64,000 nucleotides of DNA from Camelus dromedarius. Taxonomy: Eukaryota. Position 1 is the first letter of the stretch, and each line of letters opens with the position of its first letter. The notes beneath the pieces were generated by a model. It saw only the letters and a list, made by a program, of their open reading frames with translations, was not told where the DNA came from and made no database searches. Positions 48,064 through 61,490 of this stretch are shown here, one piece after another. Location of the stretch: positions 4,652,001 to 4,716,000 of the forward strand of contig NC_087438.1 of NCBI RefSeq assembly GCF_036321535.1, written 5' to 3'. The position numbers and the translations under genes are program-made.

Positions 48064-49274
48064 CAGGTCCTCCCACTGGGTCTGAAGCATGTGCGTTCCA
48101 CCCCGTGCAGGACAAGCCCTGGACTAGTTGTCACTGTGATCTGGGGTTTCATACGGTCGAGGCCTTACTATATTTGCACCTCTTTGGCTCTGAAAGGTAG
48201 AAAAACTGAGGCAGTTTTGGACGCCTGTGAGTCACACTGAATATCTGTGAACCAAATGGTGTGTGACTCTTCCCCAGTTCTGACACGCTGGGCATCAAGG
48301 AGCCCTGGTGCCCACGGGCATCTTGGGAAGAAGCCATCGGCCCACGTGTGAGGTTGAGTGAGGGCTGTGCGTTTAGCAGAGTGCTGGAAGGCCGCTCTCT
48401 GGTTTCAAGTGGCTTCCCTTGAGAAGAGCTCAGCATCGCCAGTGTAGAGCAGGTCACCTGGTAGGGCCTGGGCAAGGCTGCAGAGACGGAGACGATGGCC
48501 CCGAAGACAGCTGGCTTTCCCCACATAGCCACACCCCGGGGAGTCCGCCTCGCAGGCCCCCACGGGAGGCGCTGCGTCAGGGGTCTGCCTGCCGAGCCTG
48601 GAGCTTGGAGTGCTCATCCGGGCTTCCCCGAGAGCAAAGTAATGCTGCATCTGATCGCAGTGTGGGTGCACTTGCCTCCCGCCTGTTCCTCCCTGGTCAC
48701 AGAGACCCTCGGGCCACAGAGGCACAACATGGCAGGAGGTGACACCTCATAGAGCTCTAAGTGATTCTTCTGGACAGTGTCCCTGGACACGCAGCTTTGG
48801 GTTTCCAGGGCTCAGTTAAGCGAGTCTGTTTCTGTCAGGTCTAGGCCGCCTTTCCTTCTTCAGTTTGCCAAATACGCCAACGAAACATAGAAAGGCAACG
48901 TTGCTGGGGACGCCTGTGGGCACCTCAGTCTCCCCGTACCCTGCACGCCGGGGGGAAGCCTGCTGCTCGGAGAGGCACCTGGGGGCCCGGGAGCCTGGAC
49001 CGGGTCACCGCATTGTATGTCTTAGCGCCTCTGCCTTGGTCTCTGGGAGAAACTTCCCATGGGAAATTTTTCACCATCTTTTCCAATGAATTTTAAATTT
49101 TGTTAGACTCTGCCTTTCTTTTCTGCTTTCCTTTTCTTTAAATGATAAGCGAGAAGGAGCAATTTAAGGGGCTCAGGAAAAAGTGTTTTTCAATCACAGT
49201 TGTCCCAAAACAGAAACATACTTGAAATACATGGCTTTACAGAAAGGTTTATATAAAAAAGAAGAAAATATACC

Positions 49275-49570
49275 ATTCACGGAGCCAGGCACCGGTGTTG
49301 ACTGGAACTCGGCTGTAAACCGAGGCTGCGGGCGGAGGAGAGAGGCAAGCTCTCCAGCCGCGCTAGTGCGTCCACGCTAAGCCTTCGGAACGACAGGAGC
49401 GCGGAGAAGCACCGCGCGCGGCCGAGGGGCGGGCCCAGCAGGTGTGGATCCCGCCCTCTGGCTCCCACGCTGCCGCGGGAGGACCCTCTCGTGGCTCTGG
49501 GCCTCGCTTCCGTCCACACTGTGTCCGTGCTCACCCCTCAGAGTGTGGCTCCTCCTCCTCCGAGCAGGAC
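49275..49570. promoter_or_regulatory. Small CpG-rich GC-box element
   Basis: 'ccgcgcgcggccgaggggcgggccc', 'gggcgg', 'cccgccc'; non-repeat context. Confidence 0.55.
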
Positions 49571-51327
49571 CTGGCTCACCGCCTTTGGTGAGTGTGGCTC
49601 ATCTGCTTAGTGTTTTAGACACTTGTCTTCATCCGCGTTCCCTTTGAAGCTCTGAAACTGCTTTTGGAGCATGAGACGTTTGGAAATCACGTGAAACCTA
49701 GGCACCTTCTCTCCAGGAGAAACGCACAAACTCGCATAAAACGTGGCCACAAACCCTGCTTGAGATGCAGAGTCCTTGTCTGCGGTGGCTCCATTTGGAG
49801 ATACCACAGCCATGTCGAGATGCGGCCGGAGGTCAGTCTGAGGCTGACTTCAGCATCAGCCCGCCTGGAACACTCAGGCTCGGGCCTCGCTCTTGCTCAG
49901 TTTCAGCCCAGGGACTTGCTGTTTTTCCTGTTTTGAACTTGTCTGCTTTACTCTGCTTGTTAATGTCAAATATGGGGGAGCAGAACTTGGGTGTCAGAAC
50001 CCTCCTAACCAACAAGCCTTAGAATTTTTTTAATGCAAATTAATCCACTGATTCCGGAATGAATAGCTCTGCCTACCACAGGGTGAGGTAATTTATGCTA
50101 AACTGACAATACGAAGAGTTGGCTTGTCCGTAATCTTTCCCCAGGAGAATGAATTCTTCCTCACTAGGCATTTGCACAAGTAAGGCTACTTAAAGATGCC
50201 TAAGAGGCAACATGACAAAGATCTGCTTCCTTCCACAGCAATAAAAATGTCCTTGCTTCCCCAGAAGTGATGGATGGGCGTTTGTATTGTCAAGTCACCG
50301 CCATGAGGCATGGCGGGCTTGCTTGGGAATGAGTAAAACGCTGCAGCAGACCCGTCCCCGTGCAGTACGATTTAGTGGACTCGTACGACTGGGCCATGCT
50401 GTGCTTTGCACACGGCTTCAGCTCTGAATCACATTCACATTCCTTTCGGATGACAGTGAAAGAAAGAAGAGTGTGTTCTCGGGTGAAGGTGAGCCTCCTT
50501 GACCCTGCCACGTGACGTTTTTATTGGTTGTTTTGATGCAGCCTTTTGCCATGTTTGATTTTTGCAACTGTTTTGGCCCAGGGACTTTGTGACTCAGATT
50601 AGAAAGTGTTTCACTGAGCTCCTAGAATCTTTAAACTATGAAGTCATCTGTGAACCCAGAGTCATCTTCTCTCTGGAGAACTAGATTATTAACTTGATGG
50701 ATGTTGGGAACGACAGGGCGTTTGAGTTGAGGGATGGGCCCGGTGCTCTCTGGTGGCTCAGCTGCATAGAACCCAGAGTGAATTTCCCACATTTGCTCGT
50801 CTCAGACAGCACTGTCAATCATTCTGGGCAATCTCTGAGATTTTGGAGCACGTGGGACAAGCAGCATCTCACATACTCAGATTTTGCCTGCAAAGTTACA
50901 GTGGTCATAATACTCCTTTTCCTCTCAGTAACAAGCACACATTATCCACAAAATCTTTGTGATAGACTCCTTTGCTATGGTCTCTCTGCACCCTGCTTCT
51001 TCTTGGAACCATTTTGCAATTGATCAGCTTGTTAATTGTGTAAAATCTCTGACTCAGATGAAGTGTGTCATACTGGATCGCCTCTCTTCCGGAAACACCT
51101 TTTTCTATCCTCACATCTGCTACTCTCAGAACCACAGGCACTTCCCAGAGCTTAGGGAGGTTGTTTATTTTTAGAGATTTTATGTTGGAAAGTGAAAGAC
51201 ATGAGTAAGATCAAATATGTGGTATATTTTGTGGTGTGCCTGAGATAGAATTCTAAATTTTGGGGGTAGAACATTAGGAAAAAGCCAAATCCATGTTCCC
51301 TATCATTTCAAACAAAAGGCACTGGTT

Positions 51328-51730
51328 TAATTCATTTGTCAAATAGTCATCGGGTGTCTGCTACCTGCCACATGTGATGAATGCTAAGCTCTCAGGGTTA
51401 AATAAGACACTGACCATGCTTTTGGAAACTTGTGCAGATGTGAAGGAGCTGACAGGCTCAGAGATGATCATAATACAAGGAAGAACATGGAAATTCCATG
51501 AGAGAGAAGGAGATCCCTGGGGACCTTCACAGCCAGGAGCTCAGCTGAATGACGGTATGAGGCAGTCCCTTCATAAAGGGACATTCAGAGATGGACAAGG
51601 GGTGCCAAGTGGCATTTTGATAGACAGACATTGCAGAGAGATGTTAAGTACAAGAGAGAAAGTTCTAAAGCCTTCTCCTAGGACAGGCAGAGGGGGCATG
51701 TTCAGGAGATGGTGAATGATCTGGTTTTGT
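51328..51730 (-). mobile_element. L2 fragment
   Basis: 'ttcatttgtcaaata..gtctgctac.tgcca..aataagaca' is an antisense L2 end. Confidence 0.65.
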
Positions 51731-52141
51731 TGTAAGTGAAGGTCTATCCTGGGACATCCTGAGAGGGAACCTAGAAGGATCAGCTGACAGCTCGGGGACC
51801 ACACCTCTGCTTTGCCCAAATCAGCCTCATCTGCACTTGTGGTCCCAGCACTTTGCTCATCATCATCACTCACGTTTCCCTTCTCAGAAATACCCTGGTT
51901 CAGACAGACGATGACTTATGTGGACGGCCTGGCATTTCTGAGCTGTTATTGTTAATACGATAGTTTCCTTCCATCCTCAAAAGAACTATTTTCTTGACAA
52001 TTCTTGATTAACTGTGACATGTATTTTTCCTGCCATTTCATGTTAATGGAGGCAGAGTAGGGAATCTTATGTGATATGATTTCAAATTTCTAAAGGTAGC
52101 CCAAGATCTAAAAATCTCTCCTATAGAACTGCCTGAAATTC

Positions 52142-52387
52142 AATAATAGTGATAATAATAATAATAATAGACAATGTGTATAGATGATTAGATTTATACA
52201 AGACACTGGGCTATGCTACTGGTTTATTTAAATGAGTTGACCTTGGCAACAGCCCAAGAAGTGAGGATTGTTGGTGTCTCTGTCTTACAAATGGGGAGAC
52301 GGGGGCTCACAGGACTGAACTTAGAGCTAGTGAGTAATGGAGACAGGACTTGAGCCCAGACAGCCTTAATCTAGACCCATGTTTTTA
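52142..52387 (-). mobile_element. MIR SINE
   Basis: (AAT)n then 'ttacaaatggggagac..ggctca..gctagtgagtaatggagacaggacttga.cccag'. Confidence 0.75.
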
Positions 52388-52699
52388 GCTCCAGATCAAA
52401 TCACAGTATTGCTGGGAACGTGATAGGACACATTGACCATGATTTTTATGAAAATGATGAAGCTTTTCAATTTACAAAGTACTTGTGTATAACTTGCTAT
52501 TTGTTCCTGTGCTTTATTGAGTCACATTGTTCTTGTAGCTCTCCAGAGAAATCAGCTGCCTTCCGAAGTTTCACAGGGCTAAGAAGCCGTTGAACTAGGT
52601 GCCAAGTTCAAATGATCAGATGTTGTTTCTACTCTACTTACACACAGTTGAACATTAACTTCTTTGATTGAATAAGTTTAATGGATACTTAAAGGAGAG

Positions 52700-53058
52700 A
52701 TGGCTCTCTGGCTGGGGAGCAGGGTCAAAAGTGGAAGGTGTTCTCATTGGGCATCAATTTTCTGTTCTGCAAGATGAGTAAGTCCCAAAGATCTGCTGTA
52801 CACACGGCACTTATTGTTGACAGTATCGTGAAATGTGAAATATGTTCAGAGAATAGATCTCATGTTAAGCCTTAGTGCCAAAAATAGGACACCAAAGCAT
52901 GCAGGGAAATTTCTGGAGGTGGTGAATGATATGTTCGGTACTTTGGTTGTGGCAATGGGACCATGGATGGATCCATATGCCCAGACTCATCAAGACGGAG
53001 ACATTAAATGTGTGCAATCTTTTTTGTGTATCAATTATATCCCTTAAAGCTAAAAAAA
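52700..53058 (+). mobile_element. L1MA/MB 3' UTR fragment
   Basis: 'gcaagatgagtaagt..agatctgctgtaca', 'gtagatctcatgttaag'-like motif, 'gtatcaattata..aaagctaaaaaaa'. Confidence 0.8.
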
Positions 53059-55116
53059 TCCCAAGTTGCTATAAATATTCATATACCGAAAAAAAAAAAA
53101 GAGCGGAAGGTGACAGGTCTAAGAAGGGAAGGGGGAAGGGGCCAAAGAAGCAAGTGGGATGGGTGCAGACCTTCACCCTGCTTAGCACATTTTCCCGAGG
53201 CTGGCCAAGACTGATGATGTGGAAATCAATTCCGCAGCAGGCTTTTAATCTGTGTAAGATGGTGATTGAGAGGGTGACAAACACTAAGATCTCACTGTTA
53301 GGGAAGAAAATAAAGTGGTTCTCAAGTCTAGGTTGCTGTGATTTAAAAATTGCAATAAAGCAAAGCATCATAGTGCCACCTTTCACATTCATGTATCCTT
53401 AAATTCGGGGACTAAGTTGAGTTTTGCACTACCATGTTTTCTATTTAAAAGTTGCAAAATATTAGAATAATACCAGTTGCCATCATCTTCGTAATGAACA
53501 CCGTCACCCACTCTGTAGCTCATCTGCCTTGTGGAGGCTGGATGCGTCTCTCGGCTCAGATGCTCAGGTACATCACTTTTCTTTCCAGATGGCAGCTTCA
53601 TGATCATCTCCCAGGTGAACACATTTTGTTTTTGAATCATCTCCTCTTCTGAAATTGTAAAGGACACAATATTCAGGAGAGTTCAGATGCTTCAGAGGAG
53701 TTTGATTTTAAGTTGACAAGAGAAATGAGCTCCTAGGAGGTAAAGGGCTTCTGGAAGGACACCGGAAATCTGCCCAGTCATTTATGATGGCTAGGCTACA
53801 GAGGACTTTAAAACTGTTTTTGAAATGTCTCTGCTTCCAATTCTGACTTAGGTCAAGAAGGCAATCAGACACCTGATACAAATCCGTATTTTTGGAACAA
53901 GGTGCAGTGATAATACTTATTGGGTCAAGCTTTACAGAAGCAGCCATTGGAACAAAGTAGAGAAAACCCTGTGGCAGCATCTTTTTCTGTTTCTGGTGTA
54001 GACTGGAGTTAGTATTTCCAGATATGAGAAGCGGTTACCAGACCATTTGCCCCTATTAATTTGTCAAAAATTATAAGTGAGTAATGACTAACTCCGATGG
54101 GTGGTTTAACTGAAACCAGCCTGTAAATCCTCAGGGATTAATCCAAGAAAGAGAGAACGACAATACCTGAAATACTATTAAAACTGTACAAGAAAATAGA
54201 AACAAAAATGGGAGAACGGAAAATTAAATCTATTACATTAATTTGGCAGAATGTGAAACAAATGTGAAAAGATAATTATTAAGTCTAAGCAGTGCTATGT
54301 GGGAAAGTGTATGAAATAATAGCAAATAAAAAATACAGACTTTCACCCTTGCCCTACACAGAGCCACAGAGAACTGTGAAGCTGTCACGTCATTAATGTC
54401 GCCTCTACAATGTTTATGCCATGAATAGTCATAACGGTGGGGTAAGAAGTGACTAGTACTTGCCTAAGATTGAGGGAAGCCCAGAAGCCCACCCAGAAAT
54501 CAGACACAGTTCCCAGAGAGCACACAGAGCAGAGGACCTCTAGCTATGGCGTGCCCCTTGGTGAAGTTTGATGTTTCTGCATTTTGATCCCTTTTATTTT
54601 CTCCTGTGATTTTAAAAGAAGACTGGAAGAGAGACATAAACTGTTGAGAGAAATATGGTAATTATATATTTAGAAACTTGATAAGACGAAGCACATTTTC
54701 TCAAACCTAGCAAACTGTCATGTTTATGTTCTCACTCTGAGTAAAAGAACTCCACCCACCCAGATACCCTGGGAGCAAACACAGAGGCAGTCATGCACAG
54801 AGATGCCGTCATGGGGTGTCCATGCACTTCGTCCTCAAACATACTGGCAATTTAGTAGGTAGGTATGCTTAAACAAATAAACGTGGTAGTTCTGCAACTT
54901 AAAAGTATGGTTATTAAGTCCCCATGACTATTTCTTGTTGTTGTTATAAAAGTCATTATTTGCCTAATTTTCCTGGAGACCCTTAATTTATATTAGTTGT
55001 GGAAAAAGACTGCTAACTAAACATAGATTATTGGCTTCTTCTTGGACATGCATCTTAGGAGCCACAAGAAGAGAAAAAGATTGAAAGAACAGAAATTTCA
55101 CTTGAGAACACGAAAC

Positions 55117-56428
55117 ATAGTTTCTTGAACAAATGGTGTTGGGAAAATTGGATATCTAATTGCAAAAGAATGAAATTGGATCTTTATCTTATGCCATACA
55201 AAAAATTAACTCAAAATGGACTAAAGATTTGAATGTAAGACTTACATCTATGAAACTCCTAGAATAAAACATAGAGGAAAAGCTTCATGACATTGGTCTT
55301 GGCAATGATTTCATGAATATGGCATCAAAAGCACAGGCAGCAGAAGGAAGGATAAACAAGTGGGACTATATCAGACTAAAAAGCTTCTGCACAGCAAAGG
55401 AAGCCATTAACAGAGTGCAAATACAACCTCCTGAATGGGAGAAAGTATCTGCAAACCGTATATCTGATAAGGAATCAGTATCCAAAATGTACAAGGAACT
55501 ATTACAACTCAATAACAATAACAATGAAAACACTTGATTTAAAAATGGGTAAAGATTTGAATAGATATTTCTCTGAAGAATAGTTACAAATGGCCAACTT
55601 GTATATGAAAGTATGCTCAGTATCACTAATCATCAGGGAAATGCAAATCCAGACCATAGCAGATAGCACCTCACACCTGGTAGAATGGCTGTTATAAAAC
55701 AAACAAACAAACAAACAAACAAACAAGCAAGAAGAGTTCACAAGCGTTGGCTAGTAGGTGTTGATGGGACTTTAAGATGGTATGGCCACTATAAAAATGG
55801 TATGACAATTCCTCAAAAAATTAAAAATAGAATTACCATATTATCTATCAATCTCATTCTGGATATATACTCAAAAGAATTGAAATCAGGATCTTGAAAA
55901 TCTGTTTGTACCCCCATGTGCATCACAGCATTGTTTACAATAGCCAAGATATAGAAACAACCTAAGCGTCCATCAACGGATGAATGGAGAAAGATGTGAT
56001 GTATACACACAATGAAACGATGTAAGAAGTTCTGCCAAATGCAACAACATGGATGAACCTTGAGAACATTATGCTAAGTGAAATAAGCCAGTCGTAGGAC
56101 AAATGTTGCATCATTCCACTTAAATGAGGTATCTAAAAGAGTCAAACTCATAGAATCAGAGACTAGAATGGCAGTTGCTTGGGGATGGGAGTAGGGAGGA
56201 ATGGAGAGTTGGTCTTCAGTGGGTAGAGAGCTTCTGCTAGGCAAGGTAAATACATTCTAGATATCTGGTGTACGGCATTGTGCTTATAGTTAACAACATG
56301 GTAACATGCACTTAAACATTTTTGAAGAGGGTAGATCTCATGTTAAGTTGTCTTACCACAAACAGTAGTAATTAATAATAACAATGATAATAAAACTGTA
56401 AGACACTTGGGATGGCAGAAGGTATTTG
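55117..56428 (+). mobile_element. L1MA/MB element: ORF2 C-terminal region and 3' UTR, with (AAAC)n at ~55697-55726
   Basis: Peptide INKWDYIRLKSFCTAKE..WEK..AN.ISDK matches the ORF2p C-terminus; 3' UTR 'catggatgaaccttgagaacattatgctaagtgaaataagccag'. Confidence 0.95.
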
Positions 56429-57104
56429 TGTTCCTGTGTAGGAAGAAACAGTTGTGGAACAGGCCATTCCCAGGGAACCCACACACAGCGGATGAGTCCC
56501 TCTCTCTCTTCCCCTACATGGCCGTGTGAGTATATGGCTGGCATTGTGATCCATGCAGGCTAAGCCTGGTCTAGCCTAGGAGATGCCCCTACTTTTAACT
56601 TGCAAATTTGGAATATGTTCTATGGCTAGGTGGGCAAAGCTCTGCCAAACAGGTCCTCATCTACCCACCCAAGATGCTGTGTAAATTTCCACCCATTTCC
56701 AAGATGGATTGCCTACTATGATGGTGGTGAGGCTGGAAAACAATAATGCCAGCTAAAGGAAGAGAGAATATTGAGGTGGTGATCTGGAAGAGCTGGAGTG
56801 CTAAAAGCAATGAGTGGAAGTGCAGCTTGTCTGCCTTTATGTGTGTCCTGAATTCCAACTCTGCCCCACAAGGCATCCTGAGAAATAACAAGGAGGAGTG
56901 GCTTGATGTTGAACCCAAAAATGTTTGGGTCCAGAACAATGCACTTGGAAGGTGTATTGTGGGGTAGGCATGCCTTAATGACGTCAGACGTATGAATGGT
57001 TCTCTGCCCTGAGGAGTGTTTCTCCTACCCCTCAAGCTGGCCAAGGGGACCAAAGCACTTGGCTCTTCTCCCAAGTCAGCATCACTAGTCAAGACAGTGG
57101 ACCA

Positions 57105-58830
57105 TCCCAAAGAATAAAGATGAGCTCACAGGAAAAAATCGTGAGACAAATTTCAAACAAGAAACCAGTAGAAAAACTGCTAGGAGGTAAAACAAACTAT
57201 TTCAACACTAAGAAAATAAATTTAAAATAAGCATAATAACTATCCTCAGAGAGATAAGAGAGAATATTTGCAATCCTTAATCATGTGTGTCTGCATCAAT
57301 ACCAAGGTGTAGGTCAGGGGTAACTGGCTTAGGCCATCTGGAGGGAGATGAGTGCATCTTAGGGCTCTTTTCTTGTATGAGAGGACTTTGCTCATCTTTA
57401 GACATTCGTATGGGAAAAAACTAAAATTATGGTTTCAACTGTTTAAGGGTAACCATCAGAATAATGAAAATAGGACCTATTTTTAAATCAGCAGAAGACA
57501 GCTCTGTATATCAAAGTGAAAGTAAGAAAAGAGAAGACAAGAAACAAAATAATTAAGCATGGTAAGTGGAGGATTATAAAATAAGATGGCTCAAATAATC
57601 CTACTATAACCATAATTACAATAAGTGTAAGTGGGTTAAATACCCTCAAGTTGTGTAGATTGAATTTTGAAAAATATTCCAGTTTATATTTATAAGCAAT
57701 TTCAGTTAATTTTTACATAGAAAAACAAGTGACTCAGCTACAGAATATAGGAAGGTTAAAAATAAAAGGATACAAAGAATACACATTTGAAGAAAAGGAA
57801 GCCAGTATAGCAACTGCAATATCAGACAACAGTAAAATTTTTAAATGAAATACAGAATAAACGAAAGATAGAGATTTTGCGCATAGAACTAAGAAAATAC
57901 TCTAAACTAATATTTGTTTTACTTGATGTAAAGAATTAAGAAAATAAAGGTTGTGAATCTATTGAAAACGAATAAAATGGCCTCAGAATATATAAAATCT
58001 GGTGGAGTCACAGGGAGGAATAAATAACTGTACAGTCGTTGTCAGCGTGAACAACCCCTACCTTAACCTGGCAGATCAGTGTGGCAAGCTAAGCCATACC
58101 AGAAACCCATCATCATGAAATAAATTAAAACCAAACCAAAACAACAACAAAAATTAACAAGTGGAAACAGTTGAGTTAAACGGCAAAATTGAAAGCTGGT
58201 TCTTCGAAAGGATTTAACACAAGCAATGCTCTGGCAAATCTGATCAAGGAATGAAAAAGGATACACAAACGAAAAACACGCAGAATGAGTTATGGGGAAT
58301 AATTTCTAAAGATGCGCTGGTGGGCTGTGGCAAAAATGTGAGTGCTCCTGCTCATCTGCTAGAAGTGGACTCTGACAGCCATTGCTTTGAAGAGCAATCT
58401 GGCAGTGCTTAGGTGTCATACAGCTTAGCAGTTTTACTCCTCTGTTTATATTCTCCAAGACATCTGCCCAAATGTCCAAGGAGACACGGGCATTGTAGCA
58501 AAGAACTGGAGACAGCATCGGTGTTCAGCAGTACGGCAATGGATGAAAAGAGTGTGGCATGCGCAGAATGGAATGCAATGCAGACATAGAAGGAGGGATT
58601 GCAACCTTGTATGACAGCAGGAATGAATACTGCTGTGAAAGCAGCAATGCATGGATTAGGTTTATTGTATAAAGACCATGTAAGTAAATTAAAACCTATA
58701 CAACCAACAGCAGTATTACATACAGAGGAGCACATGGAGATACATGTATGGGAGGTGGGTTGGAAAGATATTTAGCAAATGGCAGTGGTCCCCTTGGTGG
58801 GGAGATTGGGAATGGGATCTGGGATTAGGT
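57105..58830 (+). mobile_element. Very old L1ME-like remnants (ORF1 piece, ORF2 start, 3' end)
   Basis: A-rich; 'ataattacaataagtgtaagtgggttaaat' resembles the ORF2 start (IT.NVNGLN); 'aagctggttcttcgaaa.gat', 'gcaatctggcag'. Confidence 0.6.
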
Positions 58831-59189
58831 CGAAAAGGGGAAACATTATGCTAAAAGTAAGCCAGTGTTGTCCCACTGATGCTAATGTTTACAAATCCAG
58901 ACATATTATCAAGAAAGGAAAGGAACTCTTTCCCCCGAATGCATAACTGAGAATGAGAAAGAAACAAGTTTATAGGCTAATCCCCACCTCCACCCCCAGC
59001 AAAGTGTTTATTAGATGACTTTCAGCACAATGGAATATTCATACGGAAATACGCGAGACGCTATTGCCACACTTAGGTTTAACTCTAACGGTGTGAAACA
59101 GGAGGAATCCCGTCCCTCCGATTTGCCCTCCTTGTGTATTGATTGATAAAATCCCAGTACTAAGAGCTAACATTTGCACAGTGCCTCTC

Positions 59190-59835
59190 ATTTTAAGAAG
59201 AAAAGTCCCATAGATTATGTCATTTGATCTTTGCGATAATTCCACAAGGCAGGTAAACTGGAATTACTGTTATGCTCATTTGATAGAAGCTATTGATCCT
59301 CAGAGGTGTCGACTGAAATAAAGGCACAGCCTGAAAGTTGAGAGTTATGTTTTATTCGGCGGACATTTCTGAGGACTCAAACCTCTTCGAGCCCTGGATG
59401 ACGGCCTCTCAGATGGCTCTGAGGGACTGCTCCAAAGAGGTAGGGGAGAAGCTAGGATGTATAGGAGTCTTACAACAAAGACCAGGTAGTTAGAACATTA
59501 AAAGCTTACTTGTTAACTAAAGAAAACGAGGCATCTCAAGTTAAAGAATTTAGTGCTTTTCTCTCTATGGGAGGAAGCAAACATTTGGGCTCACTGAATT
59601 CATTCCTTTGACAAGCACCTAGCCATCTAGGGCGAGTCCTGTCCTTTCTTATTCTGGGTCCCCTCAGAGGGCACCACTGTGAGTGGCTGCAGGCTTGTCT
59701 TCACTTGGGGGTGGTGGCAGCCACTGATGACTTGATGGCTTCAGCATTCTTTGTTTACTGATACGGTTTGCAGTATTTTTCGTTCACAGGGGTTAAGCGA
59801 CTTATCCAAACTCTCATAGCTGAGTTTAATCTGAA
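59190..59835 (-). mobile_element. MIR SINE split by an ERV LTR
   Basis: '..cctcagagg|..|ggggttaagcgactt.tccaa' reconstitutes the MIR 'cagagaggttaagtgacttgcccaa' motif. Confidence 0.7.
59307..59788 (-). mobile_element. ERV1 solo LTR, MER41-like (artiodactyl type), 482 bp
   Basis: TG...CA termini, near-perfect 4-bp TSD GAGG/GGGG, antisense AATAAA near 59351; body resembles recalled MER41-family sequence. Confidence 0.8.
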
Positions 59836-61000
59836 CCACCCCCTTTCTTCTTCCGCATCACCTCCCTGAAGCCTGGCTTGCTGGGGCAACTAGCAGTCTT
59901 TGCACTTGGAGCTTGTCCAAGATTCCAGACTTCAGTTCTTTGCTGCAGTTGAACAAACTCTCATTTATTCCTCCCTGTACACCTTCTATATATTATTTGC
60001 ATATTTACCTCTAAATAGTATCATTTGGGTGTGTGAGTTGTATTCAAACGGGAATTGTCCAAGGAATAACTTTCTATGTGACATTCTGCAAGTGAGTGAG
60101 CCTCCCTGAGTCTCACCTGTTTCATTGGCAAGATCAGGGGTCGAATTCTGTGAAAATGTCTCTTCTAGTTCTTAAAAGTCTATGCATCTAGAAATATAAT
60201 CTTAAAGATGCACTAAAATTAGCACCTTTCTTTGTTTTTCTAGCCTGCAAAAATTTTCAGAATTCTCCAGTCACCCATTGCTTCTGTACCGTTTTCATTG
60301 AATCTAAAAACAGCATGTTTCAGTAGGAACAAAAGGCTCAATAACTTGAAAAGAATCTTCAAGTGGTACTGCAATTTTCTTACTCAAACAAGTTCTCTTA
60401 CACCTACCTTCTGCGCCTGGGGACTGACACACACAGCTAAGCAAGGGGCACTAAGGATCTTTGTAAGAGGTTGTCTGGAGGTGGCACTTCTGACCCTGCT
60501 CCTGGCCTCAAGGAGCTGGAACAGGTGCACGTGGGCACAGGTCCCCGCTCTGGGCCTCCCTGCTCGCTCTGCGGGACGGCGCACACTTGCTGGTTTGGAA
60601 TGTGTCATTTCTTTTTCTCATTAAGAATACTGCTTGAAAATGAGAATGAAACAAGTGTGCAGGCCAACCCCCACCTCCTCCCCAATCCAAATGTCTATTT
60701 AGTGGGTGATTTTCAGCACAATGGAATACTCACAGGGAAATGTGTGCCTTAAAGGCATGCTTCATTCCTGAAATAAACAACTTAAAAGTGACAATACATG
60801 ATAAACAAACTTAAGCTTATGCAAACCCAGAAGCAATTCACATCAGGTTAGCATACATTTTTCTGTTCAACCTGGAGAATATCACATCTGTCTATTAAAC
60901 ATGATTTAGCATCTCAGGGCAGGGTTTCTCCAGGAGGAATTCTGGTGCAGCCAAGGAGAACTTCCTGGGGAGTTTGGGAAAAGCCAAGCTTTTGCGAGAA

Positions 61001-61243
61001 GTAGGTAGTTTCTGAGTGTGGAGATGCTCATGCAGACGCCTGCTTGAATCCTGGCTGTGCCACTTACTGACTGTGTGACCCTGAGTAAGTCAGTGACTTT
61101 TCTGTACTTGGATTTTATCATCTGAACATGGGGCTGATCACAGGACCTACTTCACAGAGACATTGTGAAGATTAAATGATTGAGTACAAGTGAAGTGTCT
61201 GGAACTGTGCTCAGCATACAGTGGGCACTTGATTGATATGAGC
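61001..61243 (+). mobile_element. Near full-length MIR SINE
   Basis: 'ttgaatcctggctgtgccacttactgactgtgtgaccctgagtaagtca..catctg..atgggg..acctacttcacag..ttgtgaagattaaatga'. Confidence 0.9.
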
Positions 61244-61364
61244 CACGATCTTTTTTCATTATTTTCATTACTATTCACCAGGAGATATTATTCATGTTTT
61301 GTCAGGGACAGGAAAACAGTGAAATGGGTTATATAAAATGCGCTATATTCCCATTTAGATGCCT

Positions 61365-61490
61365 CTATCAGTTTGTTCATTTCTATCGTTGAGGAGAGTT
61401 CCACTGTACGAACGTACCACAATTTGCTTATCCATTCATCAGTTGCCAGATTTGTTTTCATTTTTGGCAATTGTGAATCAAGCCACTTAT
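61365..61490 (-). mobile_element. Short old L1 fragment
   Basis: 'ttccactgtacgaacgtaccacaatttgcttatccattca'. Confidence 0.7.

Noticed and set aside
53389..53667. 92-aa minus-strand ORF with an acceptor-like site near 53649
   Set aside because: No convincing GT donor found and no recognisable homologue
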